IMG/VR virus record: IMGVR_UViG_3300008453_000586
Reading direction: 5' to 3' (one strand)
Source: a virus
Lineage: Duplodnaviria > Heunggongvirae > Uroviricota > Caudoviricetes
Length of the DNA: 64,000 nucleotides
Shown here: positions 9,562 through 19,694 of the stretch, in pieces
Layout: each line of letters opens with the position of its first letter
Position numbering within the stretch: position 1 is the first letter of the stretch
Made by a program: the position numbers and the translations under genes
The notes under the pieces: generated by a model
The model's database searches: none
The model's input: the letters and a program-made list of their open reading frames with translations, nothing else
Told to the model about the DNA's origin: nothing

Positions 9562-10794
9562 ATGAACTTTAAGATTAAATACATCATGTTATTGCTTGCG
9601 TTATCAGTTGCTGGTTGCGCGGCATACTTCTCAGTTTGGGGTTTAAGTCAATTATTCGCTGGCGCTAGCACTGCGGTCATTATTATGGCTTCAGTGTTAG
9701 AAGTTGGTAAAATTGTAACAACAACAGCTCTTCACACTTATTGGAACAAACTAGCCAAAGGGCTTAGAGCTTACTTAACATTGAGTGTTGTTGTGCTTAT
9801 GCTTATAACCTCAGCTGGTATTTACGGTTTCCTTTCAAATGCTTATCAAAAAACCGCTAACAAACTAGAAATCCATGAAGGTGAATTAAGTGTGTTAGAT
9901 GGTAAAAAACAAATATTTGAAAAAAGCGTTGCAGACAATCAAAAAATCATAGATAGTAAAAACAAACGTATTGACCAATTAAGTGGTTTAAGAACGACGC
10001 AAGAAGCTAGACTAGATGGTTCTAATTCAAATAGAGCTAGAAATAGTGTTAGAGGTGATATCTCAACCGCCAATACTGAAATCCAAAAATTATCAACAGA
10101 TATCGACGCATTAAATATTAAAAATGCTAGTTTATCAGATTCTATCAGTGTATACAATACAAAAGCGCTAGAATTAAAATCTGGTAGTGAAGTAGCAGCA
10201 GAGGTTGGTCCGTTAAAATATATTGCAGAATTAACAGGGTTATCAATGGCAAAAGTTGTTAACTATTTGATATTGTTATTGATATTTGTGTTTGACCCGT
10301 TAGCTGTAGCGTTGATTTTGATTACAAACAGAGTATTCCAAATTGAAAGTGGTCAATACATACCAGAACCAGAAGTTGAAAAAAGAAAAAAAGAATCTAT
10401 ATTAGCCAAAATAAAAAATTACAAGCGAAAAATTAAAGAAGTAAAAAATGTTGAAGTACAAACTAAACCTGATGTTGACATCACTGAATTTAAGTCACCT
10501 GGAGTTTTTACTAGAGAGTTTGATAACTTCCCTATAGAACCTATAGTGGATAATGAAGAACCAATTCTAGAAGATATTCCAGAACCAGAACCAGAAGTTG
10601 AAGAAGTTGTTCCACATTCAGCGGAACAACCAACTTATGGTAAGATAAAACTTGACGACATCAAAGAAGTTAAAGATAGAAATAGAGGTTTTTCAGTAAA
10701 CGTACCTTATCCAAAAGGTAATACTATTCAAAGAGTTAGTGGTGATAATGAAAAACCATTAAATAAAAATAACACTTACTTTAGACGTAGTTAA
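9562..10794 (+). CDS. membrane protein with coiled-coil region
   Basis: N-terminal hydrophobic segments, central coiled coil, second TM segment (LILLLIFVFDPLAVALILI), acidic PEPE repeats. Confidence 0.4.
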   Translation: MNFKIKYIMLLLALSVAGCAAYFSVWGLSQLFAGASTAVIIMASVLEVGKIVTTTALHTYWNKLAKGLRAYLTLSVVVLMLITSAGIYGFLSNAYQKTANKLEIHEGELSVLDGKKQIFEKSVADNQKIIDSKNKRIDQLSGLRTTQEARLDGSNSNRARNSVRGDISTANTEIQKLSTDIDALNIKNASLSDSISVYNTKALELKSGSEVAAEVGPLKYIAELTGLSMAKVVNYLILLLIFVFDPLAVALILITNRVFQIESGQYIPEPEVEKRKKESILAKIKNYKRKIKEVKNVEVQTKPDVDITEFKSPGVFTREFDNFPIEPIVDNEEPILEDIPEPEPEVEEVVPHSAEQPTYGKIKLDDIKEVKDRNRGFSVNVPYPKGNTIQRVSGDNEKPLNKNNTYFRRS

Positions 10795-11405
10795 TGGTTT
10801 TAGATGATACAACATATTCTTTAACAGAAAAGAATTTTACACCGATTGAAAGCGAAAAAACACAAATAGTTATAGGGCATACTTTTAATTCAGATATGAA
10901 ACATTTCCTAGGGTGGAAAAAAAGATATAATGGGAAATATAAAAAAACAGCTGCGTTCACAATAGATGCGGCTGGTTTTGTTTATAAACATTTTGACCCT
11001 AAATATTCTTCAGAATTTTTAGATAGTGATGAGTTGAATAACAAGTCAATTATTATATTGTTAGAAAATAATGGTTGGTTAGTGAAAGATGTTGAAAAAA
11101 ATGAATACATTACATGGGTTGGTAATATTTATAATAAACCAATTGATATTTCTGAAAGGCGATGGAGAAACTATAAGTATTGGGATAAATACACTGATGA
11201 ACAATTTGAATCAACACTAGAGCTAGTTAAAATGCTTTGCGAACAATTCAATATACCAAAAGCTGTGTTACCTCACAATACAAAAATTGATAATTTCTTT
11301 GATTACAAAGGTGTTATATATAAAAGCAACCTTGAAAAACACTATACAGATTTATCACCAAGTTGGGATTATTTAGAATTTAAAAATAAATTAGAATTAA
11401 AATAA
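10794..11405 (+). CDS. amidase_2/PGRP-like N-acetylmuramoyl-L-alanine amidase, putative
   Basis: IVIGHTFN and AAFTIDAAGFVYKHFDP resemble the HHT and yHflId.dG motifs of amidase_2; weak. Confidence 0.3.
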   Translation: MVLDDTTYSLTEKNFTPIESEKTQIVIGHTFNSDMKHFLGWKKRYNGKYKKTAAFTIDAAGFVYKHFDPKYSSEFLDSDELNNKSIIILLENNGWLVKDVEKNEYITWVGNIYNKPIDISERRWRNYKYWDKYTDEQFESTLELVKMLCEQFNIPKAVLPHNTKIDNFFDYKGVIYKSNLEKHYTDLSPSWDYLEFKNKLELK

Positions 11406-11411
11406 AACAAT

Positions 11412-11945
11412 ATGAAAGAAAGAATTGACGAACACGATATGACCAAAAAAATGATGGATATCATGAGAGGTGGTTACAAGTCAAGATTAATAACTGAAGC
11501 CGAAGAACAACCTGAACAACAATCAGATTCTATGGTTGAAAAAGAAGTTATGGATGTTAAAAAAGGTGATGCTGTTTACAGTGAAGAATTGAAAAAATTA
11601 CAAGCGATAAACCCTAGAGTTACTATAAAGTTCTTTAAAATATATACCGATGAAAAAAATGCTAACGTACATATGGGTGTTGTGTATTTGGAAGGTGCTA
11701 TTGGTAGTGGTGCTGGTGGTAACGACCCTAATTTAGAACGTAGTTGGATGAACGAAGGAAACCGTTCTGGTGTTTATTTTGAATTATCGTTGTTAGATGG
11801 TTTTAAAGAACCAGTTGTTAAAAACGTGTCAAACCCAGATTTATCAGAATTACTTAAAAAATTGCCAGGATTTTACCAAAACTGGGAAGACGAATGGGCT
11901 GTAAAATTACAAGAAGATTACATGGGTAAACAAAACAATCAATAA
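11412..11945 (+). CDS. hypothetical protein
   Basis: 177-aa ORF. Confidence 0.35.
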   Translation: MKERIDEHDMTKKMMDIMRGGYKSRLITEAEEQPEQQSDSMVEKEVMDVKKGDAVYSEELKKLQAINPRVTIKFFKIYTDEKNANVHMGVVYLEGAIGSGAGGNDPNLERSWMNEGNRSGVYFELSLLDGFKEPVVKNVSNPDLSELLKKLPGFYQNWEDEWAVKLQEDYMGKQNNQ

Positions 11946-11946
11946 T

Positions 11947-12669
11947 ATGAAATTAGATTTTAAAACAATAGTTATTGCAGGGTTATTTGCTTTTATGGCT
12001 TTTTATATAACCAAGTGCAATTCAGACAGAGAAACTGAAGGGTTAAGAGCTGAACTACATAAAAACGAAATTAAAATGGACACACTTAAAAAAATAAGTG
12101 AGGACCAATATGAAAAGTTAGTGGCCGACACAGTTACCAAAAGAGATATGGCTAAGATTATTAAAGAGTTGGAAATGGATGTAAAAAACCCTAAAATCAT
12201 TACTAGAATTGAATACAGACAAAAAGATGTCGAAAAACCAATGGATAACGTAATTGTCGAAAATGATTCCGTTCATATCGAAGATTATTACCCAAGCAAA
12301 GAAAAACAAACTTTGAAGTATACAGGCGGTATAAGTCTAGTTACCAAACAAGGTAAGGGTAAGTTCCAATTTCAACCTCAAAGGCTTGATTTGGTCATTT
12401 CTGAAACCGACAAGGGTATATGGAAAGCTACACTTAAAACAGATAGCGAATTTGTAGAAGTTAACAGTCTTGACGTACATACATTACCAGTTGCTGAACA
12501 AAAAATAAAAAATTGGAAATATTTTGGTGGTGCCAAGTATAATACCACTTCAGATAGAACAACACAAAATTATGAAATCCTAGGTGGTTTTAGATACAAA
12601 AAATTAAACGTGTTGGGTTCTGTGAACACGAACAGCCAATTAGGTGTTGGTTTGATGTTTGATTTTTAA
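11947..12669 (+). CDS. membrane-anchored protein, possibly beta-barrel (C-terminal Phe)
   Basis: N-terminal TM/signal segment; ends ...LGVGLMFDF with terminal F as in OMP beta-barrels. Confidence 0.35.
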   Translation: MKLDFKTIVIAGLFAFMAFYITKCNSDRETEGLRAELHKNEIKMDTLKKISEDQYEKLVADTVTKRDMAKIIKELEMDVKNPKIITRIEYRQKDVEKPMDNVIVENDSVHIEDYYPSKEKQTLKYTGGISLVTKQGKGKFQFQPQRLDLVISETDKGIWKATLKTDSEFVEVNSLDVHTLPVAEQKIKNWKYFGGAKYNTTSDRTTQNYEILGGFRYKKLNVLGSVNTNSQLGVGLMFDF

Positions 12670-12687
12670 ACAATATATCTTTAATAA

Positions 12688-12712
12688 AAGAGCCCTATAT
12701 AGGGCTTTTTTT
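12688..12712 (+). terminator. rho-independent terminator
   Basis: Stem agccctatatagggct followed by a T-run. Confidence 0.6.
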
Positions 12713-12746
12713 GTTTATTCTTAATATTTATAATAAAAACTACGCT

Positions 12747-12998
12747 ATGGCTAAAAATAGTAAAAAAATAAACGAAACACTATCAAAATCTGATGTCTCT
12801 AAAGAAATTAAAGTGTATATGAATAGCAATGAATTCAAAAATAAAATTGAAAAAATTGTTAAAGATAGACTTAAAAATGAAAAAGAATTAGAAGATAAAA
12901 TAGTTGATATAACAAAAAATGTTCTTACACAACTTTATAAAGCCTTGTGGGTTAAAAGAGGTATGTGGAGAGATAGTTTAAGTAACAAAGCAAATTAA
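12747..12998 (+). CDS. hypothetical protein
   Basis: Track ORF starts at TTG inside the terminator T-run; the first ATG is 12747. Confidence 0.35.
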   Translation: MAKNSKKINETLSKSDVSKEIKVYMNSNEFKNKIEKIVKDRLKNEKELEDKIVDITKNVLTQLYKALWVKRGMWRDSLSNKAN

Positions 12999-13000
12999 TC

Positions 13001-15457
13001 ATGAAAAAAATTAAAATAACCAAAGAACAATATCAAAAATTAAAAGCTGCTGGTTTAATCAATGAAGATGCTTCTTTTGATGTTAAAAACCCAGTTAACA
13101 AAAGTTTTAAAAAAGCTTTTGCTGGTAAAGATATTTCAGATTTTAAATATATTCCAGAAGAAGAAATTGCTAAAAAAAATGATTTTAAGATTGATAAGAG
13201 AAATAGCTCAATACCAAAATTAAATATAAACGAAGTAGAAGATTTTATTAAATATGTTTATGGTGTTAATGAAGAGTTTTCACAATATTGGGGAGAAAAT
13301 AACTTGGCTTATGAAGATTTATGCGAAGCGTTGGAAAGCAAAGGATTATTTGTTAGAAAAGAAAACGCGTATAGAATACCTAAATCTTTAGGGTCACCTG
13401 ATGAAACTAAAAAAGCAATACATGAAACATTGTCAGAAATGTTAAATCATAATATGGAAGAAGACTACCCAGCTGGTGCAGAATATGATTCTAGGGCACC
13501 TTATAACCAACCAGACCCAATATCTTCAATAGGTAACCAACCAGAAGAAAATTATGTTTTGGTTTATAATAACACAGAGTTTTCAATTTTAAAAAGCAAA
13601 ACTAGTGATGACATGTTTGCGTTTAACCATGCAAATATAGATAAAAATGCCTTTGAAGATTACGCAGAAAAACAAGGATTTATCGATGCTGATGGTGATA
13701 TGGAATATTATGATGATTGGGAAGTTGATGATAGTGCGATTCAAAGATATTTTAACGATGTATTGGCTTCGTCAAATGTTGGTGAAGGTTCTGACGCTTT
13801 TATGAGTGGTGAATACGATATTGTAAAAATTGATGGTTCTTTGAAAAATGAATTGTTAGATTTATATGACAAAGATAAAAAATTGGTTAGCGTATTAAAC
13901 ACAGTAAGTGAATCCACTACAGCCGCATCTAGTGGTGCCTTTGTAGCACCAATGAGTGGTGGTCCTATTAGTAAAGGTATGCCAGTTGATGATGATAAAT
14001 TAGATGTTAAAGTCGTTTATGAAATGGATACTGCTGATGCTGGTAACATTGGGTATGATAACCCTGGTTTTGCTGGAATTTCTAGAGATGGAGATTTTCC
14101 TAAAAATCGTAAGAAAACCAAGGCAGAAGAAAAAACACAATGGGCTGGTGGTTCGTTTGTTGAGATTGATGATTGTACAAAGCTAAATAACAACAAAAAA
14201 GCTCAAAATGGTGGTTGTAGTACTGGTGCAGTAGATAATGTCGTAAAACAACGAAAAACTAGTGGTAACATAAACGCACCTTCATTAAATGAAGGGATGA
14301 TGCGCGAAGCTTTAAAATTACAGCATGATAAAACTCAAAATAAACTTATTGTCTTGTCAGATTTAGAAGGTAGAGCGGCTAGTCAAGAAACATTTCATAA
14401 TAAAGCTGTTTTAAAACAAAATGGTTTTAATTGGAACGGTACTAATTGGGTTATAGATGCTGACAAATTAGAGATAGCTAAAAAAACACTTACATTGGTT
14501 AACAAATCAGAATATCTTATAGACCAATTAGAAGAATTGGAAGATGCTGTTGAAAATTCATCAGCAGATAACAAAGATTTCTTAAAAGCTAGACTTGACC
14601 AATACATTATGGATTTAGCCAATGCAACTGATGAAGTTGCGTTATCGGCTGAAATTAGAAGATATTTAACATTCTTCTCTAAATTTCACGGATACAGTTT
14701 TTATAATAGAATGTTAATATTCATTCAAAAACCTGACGCAACAAAAGTTGGTTCGTTTAAATTATGGGAATCAAAACATAGAAGAGTTAAAAAAGGTTCT
14801 AAAGCAATTAAAATATTAGCACCAGCTGGCAAACCAGAGATGACCCAATATGATGACGAAACAACCGAATTAATGGGTCAAATGGGTATGACAAATAGAC
14901 CTCAAATAACTAGGTTTAAAGCGGTAAACGTTTTCGATATTAGCGATACCGAACCAATTGACGAAAGAGGTGAAGTTCCTGACACACCACAATGGTGGGG
15001 CGAAAACACACCATCAGAAACTGCTGATATGTTATATAATGCAGTGACTGAAGTAGCTGCTGATTTGGGTATTAGAGTAACACAAAGTGATGCCAAAGGC
15101 GGTGAAAAAGGATACAGCGCTGGTGACCACATAAATATTTCTTCAGACGTTACAGGCGCTGCTAGATTATCAACAACGATTCACGAAATAGCACATGAGT
15201 TGATGCACTGGAAAAAATCGTCAATATATTATATAGACAATGGTGAAGGTAGAACTAAAAATGAATTACAAGAACTACAAGCTGAAAGTGTTTCCTATGT
15301 TGTATTGAAACACTATGGAATCCCAGTAGCTCACCATGCTACATATTTAGCGTTATGGAAGGCTAATAAAGACAGAATTCAAAACAATTTAGAAATTATA
15401 TCTAAAGTTTCTCAATTTATTATTGATAAAATTGACGCACAGGTTGATAACAGATAA
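13001..15457 (+). CDS. large polyvalent protein with ArdC-like ssDNA-binding N-domain and zincin metallopeptidase (HExxH)
   Basis: YSFYNRMLIFIQKPDATKVGSFKLWESKHRRVKKGSKAIKILAP resembles the ArdC N-domain (DUF1738); HEIAHELMH is an HExxH zinc motif; together about 540-818 aa of an 818-aa protein. Confidence 0.5.
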   Translation: MKKIKITKEQYQKLKAAGLINEDASFDVKNPVNKSFKKAFAGKDISDFKYIPEEEIAKKNDFKIDKRNSSIPKLNINEVEDFIKYVYGVNEEFSQYWGENNLAYEDLCEALESKGLFVRKENAYRIPKSLGSPDETKKAIHETLSEMLNHNMEEDYPAGAEYDSRAPYNQPDPISSIGNQPEENYVLVYNNTEFSILKSKTSDDMFAFNHANIDKNAFEDYAEKQGFIDADGDMEYYDDWEVDDSAIQRYFNDVLASSNVGEGSDAFMSGEYDIVKIDGSLKNELLDLYDKDKKLVSVLNTVSESTTAASSGAFVAPMSGGPISKGMPVDDDKLDVKVVYEMDTADAGNIGYDNPGFAGISRDGDFPKNRKKTKAEEKTQWAGGSFVEIDDCTKLNNNKKAQNGGCSTGAVDNVVKQRKTSGNINAPSLNEGMMREALKLQHDKTQNKLIVLSDLEGRAASQETFHNKAVLKQNGFNWNGTNWVIDADKLEIAKKTLTLVNKSEYLIDQLEELEDAVENSSADNKDFLKARLDQYIMDLANATDEVALSAEIRRYLTFFSKFHGYSFYNRMLIFIQKPDATKVGSFKLWESKHRRVKKGSKAIKILAPAGKPEMTQYDDETTELMGQMGMTNRPQITRFKAVNVFDISDTEPIDERGEVPDTPQWWGENTPSETADMLYNAVTEVAADLGIRVTQSDAKGGEKGYSAGDHINISSDVTGAARLSTTIHEIAHELMHWKKSSIYYIDNGEGRTKNELQELQAESVSYVVLKHYGIPVAHHATYLALWKANKDRIQNNLEIISKVSQFIIDKIDAQVDNR

Positions 15458-15528
15458 AAAAATGATAGATAATAGGTATTTAGATAGATTTTACATAAAA
15501 TATAGATATTTATAATAAAACTTTAAAA

Positions 15529-17031
15529 ATGGATAAAAAAATAATAAAAGATTTTTTGGCTGAAAGATTCTTGAACGAAGCTAAACCGACTACAGACACC
15601 CCAGGTATCACAGTCACAAACGCTATGCGTACAAAATCTGGAAAAGAAAACAAAGCTGGTATCAAAGACATGCAAGATAATCTTAAAGATTATGACAAGT
15701 CTGTTAAGAAACAAGCTGAAGCTACCAAAGATATGCCACAAAACAAATTCAACTACAACGACGACAACGAACAAACGTATCACCAACAAATGGAAGATAT
15801 GAATGGTCAAGAAATGATTGAGTATGACAGAGACCCAAACAAACTGTTTAAAGATAGAGCTGAAGAAGCTATTGCTGGTTCATCTAAAATGGGTAACAAC
15901 TCAGAATGGGCTAACGTTGTTCCTAAACAACAAGGCTTTACTGGCCCAGAATTTGGTAAAAATTTGGTTAAAGCAATCAAAGCTTCTCACGATAAAAGAG
16001 AAAAAGCTGTTAAAGGTATTATTAGCTTTGGTGATGATATTGAAGTGGTACCAGATGATTATGCACCTATATCAAGATTTTCTGCACTTAACGAAAACGA
16101 AGATAAAAAAGACGAACCAGACGATATGTCACAATCTGACGCTTCTGGTGATGATTACGAAAAAGCTAGCAGAGAAGTTGCTAATGAAAATAAACAAGAA
16201 GATAATAATAAAAAACAAACACAAAAAGAATCGATGAAAAGACTTAAATTCAAACAAGAATTCAATGGCGTTGGTAACGCTTTAAAAATGATTCCTGAAT
16301 CATATAGAGTTGATAACAAAGTATTTGAAATGACTGATGGAAATGAGTCGTATACAATGCGTTGGGAAGGAACATTATCTGAAGGTAGAGCGGTAGTTCT
16401 AAAAGCTTCAGACAAAACAATGATTAACGAAGACATGCAAAAGATGAAACATCTTATGGGTTACAAATCTCAAGACACTTTGGGTCTTGTTAAAGGTAAA
16501 TCAAGAATTGAAGAAAATGCTACCTTCGGAAAAATCTGGGACAAAACTAAACTGTTAATGGAAGCTGAAGACATTGAAGGTAAAAAAGCTCCTGAGAAAA
16601 AAAGTGATGAGAAAGTATCTCAAGCTGCTGACGCTAAAAAACACGTAGAAGGTTCGGTTTCAACAGACAAAGGTACTAAAGCTCCAGCTGCTAAAACAGG
16701 CTCAGCTGATTCGTTAGAAAAAGTTAAATCTCAAGCTCCAGAAGCTAAGAAAAATGTTCACGTAGGAACTGCTGGTGACGCTAAAATCGGTATGGGTTTA
16801 GGCGACCAATCAGAAGGTGAAGGAGAATGGGACCAAATGGATGTAAAACAAGCTGCTGCTCATGGTAACCCATCAAACACTACTTATGCTCCAGCCCCAA
16901 AAACTGGTGAATGGGATAAAGTAAGTGTACCACAATCATCTGACGCTAAAAAACACGTACATATGAATGAAGGTGTTCAATTAAATGGTATTGATTTTGC
17001 ACCAATGAATGTTGATGAATTATTCAAATAA
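15529..17031 (+). CDS. hypothetical charged protein with internal repeats
   Basis: K/D/E-rich; [DE]AKK[HN]V motif three times (DAKKHVEGS, EAKKNVHVG, DAKKHVHMN) in the C-terminal half. Confidence 0.4.
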   Translation: MDKKIIKDFLAERFLNEAKPTTDTPGITVTNAMRTKSGKENKAGIKDMQDNLKDYDKSVKKQAEATKDMPQNKFNYNDDNEQTYHQQMEDMNGQEMIEYDRDPNKLFKDRAEEAIAGSSKMGNNSEWANVVPKQQGFTGPEFGKNLVKAIKASHDKREKAVKGIISFGDDIEVVPDDYAPISRFSALNENEDKKDEPDDMSQSDASGDDYEKASREVANENKQEDNNKKQTQKESMKRLKFKQEFNGVGNALKMIPESYRVDNKVFEMTDGNESYTMRWEGTLSEGRAVVLKASDKTMINEDMQKMKHLMGYKSQDTLGLVKGKSRIEENATFGKIWDKTKLLMEAEDIEGKKAPEKKSDEKVSQAADAKKHVEGSVSTDKGTKAPAAKTGSADSLEKVKSQAPEAKKNVHVGTAGDAKIGMGLGDQSEGEGEWDQMDVKQAAAHGNPSNTTYAPAPKTGEWDKVSVPQSSDAKKHVHMNEGVQLNGIDFAPMNVDELFK

Positions 17032-17054
17032 TAAAAGACAAAAATAAATAAAAA

Positions 17055-17082
17055 AGCTACTCGTTTGGGTAGCTTTTTTTGT
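17055..17082 (+). terminator. rho-independent terminator
   Basis: Stem agctac/gtagct followed by a T-run. Confidence 0.6.
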
Positions 17083-17126
17083 TTTTAAGATATTTATGAA
17101 TATAACATTTTTTAAAAACAAAAACA

Positions 17127-17741
17127 ATGAGTTTAATCAAATTACAAGAAAAAATCGGAGTAAAAGCCGATGGGGCTTTTGGTCCTGGAACATTAAAAGC
17201 TGCAATGGCTTACTACAAATTAACCCCAGAAAGAGCTGCACATTTTTTTGCACAATGCGGACATGAAACAGGTAATTTTAAAGTATTCACTGAAAACCTT
17301 AATTATTCTGCACAAGGGTTACAAGGTATCTTTGGAAAATACTTCCCTGGAAACTTAGAAGAATCCTATGCACGTCAACCAGAGAAAATCGCATCTAGAG
17401 TTTATGCTGACAGAATGGGTAACGGTAACGAAGCGTCAAAAGACGGTTGGAAATTCCGTGGCAGAGGTGCTATTCAACTTACTGGTAAAGACAACTATAA
17501 ACAATTCTCTGAAAGTATTAAAAGACCTGATATTTTGACAAACCCTGATATTGTAGCTACTGAATTGGCTTTTGAATCAGCTAAATTTTTCTTTGATAAA
17601 AATAAATTATGGTCAATCTGTGACCAAGGGGTTAATGATGCTTCAATATTAGCATTAACAAAAAGAGTTAACGGTGGTACACATGGTTTAGAGGATAGAA
17701 ACGAAAAAACTAAAAAATACTACGGTTGGTTAAAAGCGTAA
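17127..17741 (+). CDS. GH19 (class I chitinase-like) endolysin
   Basis: FFAQCGHETGNF matches the GH19 catalytic motif; size typical of phage endolysins. Confidence 0.75.
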   Translation: MSLIKLQEKIGVKADGAFGPGTLKAAMAYYKLTPERAAHFFAQCGHETGNFKVFTENLNYSAQGLQGIFGKYFPGNLEESYARQPEKIASRVYADRMGNGNEASKDGWKFRGRGAIQLTGKDNYKQFSESIKRPDILTNPDIVATELAFESAKFFFDKNKLWSICDQGVNDASILALTKRVNGGTHGLEDRNEKTKKYYGWLKA

Positions 17742-17798
17742 CACAAAATAAACTTTATTTTTCATCCTATTGTCTTATATTAATAATAAAACAATAGG

Positions 17799-18278
17799 AT
17801 GAACGATAAGTACAATAAGTTAAGTTTTTTAGCGTACATTAATAACCCAATGAGTTGGGAAGCGATATCTATGGTCTATAATAAAAATAATATAAAGTAT
17901 GAGAAGTGTCAACTTTATAGTGATTTCGTACAATCGCTATTAATTACAGTTTTTGATACATACATGGGTGACGATGTTACACCACCACAAGAACAATCCA
18001 ATCATTTTAATTGGTGTTGGAATCGAACAATAGATATTTTCAAAGAAGAAGGGATTTATTTTGAAAATGAGAGAATTATGGAGTATTTTTCAGAGTTTAT
18101 GTTCGAAGTGTTTTATTTTAATAAAGAAAAAAACAAATTAGATTACACGGATAACACTATATTAAAATTATGGTTAGACATCTTCGATTATAACAAATTA
18201 AAGACCAATGCAGACATTGATACCTTCCTAGAAATCTATCGTTTAATGGAAATGTCGCTAAAAACACAAAAAAATTAG
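17799..18278 (+). CDS. hypothetical protein
   Basis: 159-aa ORF. Confidence 0.35.
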   Translation: MNDKYNKLSFLAYINNPMSWEAISMVYNKNNIKYEKCQLYSDFVQSLLITVFDTYMGDDVTPPQEQSNHFNWCWNRTIDIFKEEGIYFENERIMEYFSEFMFEVFYFNKEKNKLDYTDNTILKLWLDIFDYNKLKTNADIDTFLEIYRLMEMSLKTQKN

Positions 18279-18316
18279 GTTTTACTATTTATTTTTAATT
18301 TTTTTATAGTAGTTTT

Positions 18317-18553
18317 ATGCTTATGAATACAGAAAGATTATTTAACGTAGTACTTTTAGAACTAACTACCGATAAAATGAAATTGGAAGATAGACTAGAA
18401 CAAACAATTAATTCGAGTGAAACTATAGACCAAAAATCTAGCTCGATTAAAATGATATTAGCTAGCATAGCTAATAACGAAGCCAGTGTGGCTAAACTTC
18501 AATCTATGCTAAACAATAATAACAATAATAACATTGAACAAAAAAACGATTAA
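18317..18553 (+). CDS. hypothetical protein
   Basis: 78-aa ORF with poly-N tract. Confidence 0.3.
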   Translation: MLMNTERLFNVVLLELTTDKMKLEDRLEQTINSSETIDQKSSSIKMILASIANNEASVAKLQSMLNNNNNNNIEQKND

Positions 18554-18555
18554 CA

Positions 18556-18735
18556 ATGAATGAATTTAACGAATTAAAAGGATTAGTGATTGCATTAGAA
18601 GAAGATGCAACTAAATTTTATGAGAAAAGCAACAAAGCTGCTGGTGTAAGACTTAGAAAAGGTTTACAAGAAATTAAAGCTTTGGCTCAAACTTTGAGAC
18701 AAGACGTTTCTGCTAAGAACAAAGAAGCAAAATAA
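18556..18735 (+). CDS. Hc1-like histone H1 DNA-binding protein (below the ORF-track size cutoff)
   Basis: 59-aa ORF MNEFNELKGLVIALEEDATKFYEKSNKAAGVRLRKGLQEIKALAQTLRQDVSAKNKEAK; KSNKAAGVRLRK resembles the Hc1 signature gNKAAAqRvR found in Chlamydia and Bacteroidetes. Confidence 0.5.
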   Translation: MNEFNELKGLVIALEEDATKFYEKSNKAAGVRLRKGLQEIKALAQTLRQDVSAKNKEAK

Positions 18736-18743
18736 CAAACATT

Positions 18744-18959
18744 ATGTTAGAGACGATACTTAACAAATTATTGGTAGTGTTATTCTTGTTATCAATATTC
18801 AATGTGTTTAGACATGGATATTATTTTATCCAAGCAATGTTCAAAACCAATGAAGAAGGTCAAACAAGCAAGTACATTATTTCAAACAAATCATTGTTCT
18901 TGTTAGGTTTATCCCTTGCATACGCACTATCTGCAATTTTTACAGGTATTACAATTTAA
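18744..18959 (+). CDS. small membrane protein
   Basis: Two hydrophobic segments. Confidence 0.35.
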   Translation: MLETILNKLLVVLFLLSIFNVFRHGYYFIQAMFKTNEEGQTSKYIISNKSLFLLGLSLAYALSAIFTGITI

Positions 18960-18968
18960 AAATAAAAT

Positions 18969-19652
18969 ATGTCAAACATACAAAAAACATTAGACGCACT
19001 TCAACCATATGTGGTAGGAATTAGATATGTAGAAGGGGTACCAGTCATAGATGCAGTTTTTAAAGAAGGTTGGACAGTGCAAACAGACCAAACAATAAAA
19101 ACAATTAAAGGTGATGAATCTTTGAATTATTTTATGGTTTACAGTGATGCACCTAATATTGGTGTTGATGAATTACTAGGGTTTGTTGGTAAAACAATCA
19201 AAATGAATCAAGAGCGAGAAAAGAAACATGAGCTTTTGAAATTAAAAGTTGAAGAACTAAAAAACATTTTCAAACAAAACTCGTTGGAGAAATTAACTCG
19301 ATTGAAGTTTTCATTTGCTGATGAAGAATTGGTGCCGAAATTAAATGATTTTGATTTAAACATTGACGATGAAGTGGTAGAAGAAGAAATAATTCAACCA
19401 CAATCAGAAAAAGAAGTGATAATTGTAACAGACCCAGATAGTTTTAATGGTTACAGCGATTATGACACACAAGATGAAATAAATAGTGTTAACCACATAG
19501 CTTATGTAGATGAAAATGGTAACCCAATAGAATATTCTGAAGAAGAATTAGAAATGTTGGAAGAAGAGGCTAGGGCCGAGCGCAATAGAAAATATCTTGA
19601 CAGCAAGAAACCAAAATCAAACAGGAGTAAAATTGAATTACCCCCTAAATAA
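18969..19652 (+). CDS. hypothetical acidic protein
   Basis: 227-aa ORF with acidic C-terminal half. Confidence 0.35.
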   Translation: MSNIQKTLDALQPYVVGIRYVEGVPVIDAVFKEGWTVQTDQTIKTIKGDESLNYFMVYSDAPNIGVDELLGFVGKTIKMNQEREKKHELLKLKVEELKNIFKQNSLEKLTRLKFSFADEELVPKLNDFDLNIDDEVVEEEIIQPQSEKEVIIVTDPDSFNGYSDYDTQDEINSVNHIAYVDENGNPIEYSEEELEMLEEEARAERNRKYLDSKKPKSNRSKIELPPK

Positions 19653-19680
19653 AAAAAGCCTCAGAAATGAGGCTTTTTTC
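19651..19680. terminator. bidirectional rho-independent terminator
   Basis: A-run, stem aagcctc/gaggctt, T-run; sits between convergent genes. Confidence 0.6.
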
Positions 19681-19694
19681 GTTAAACAAAAACA

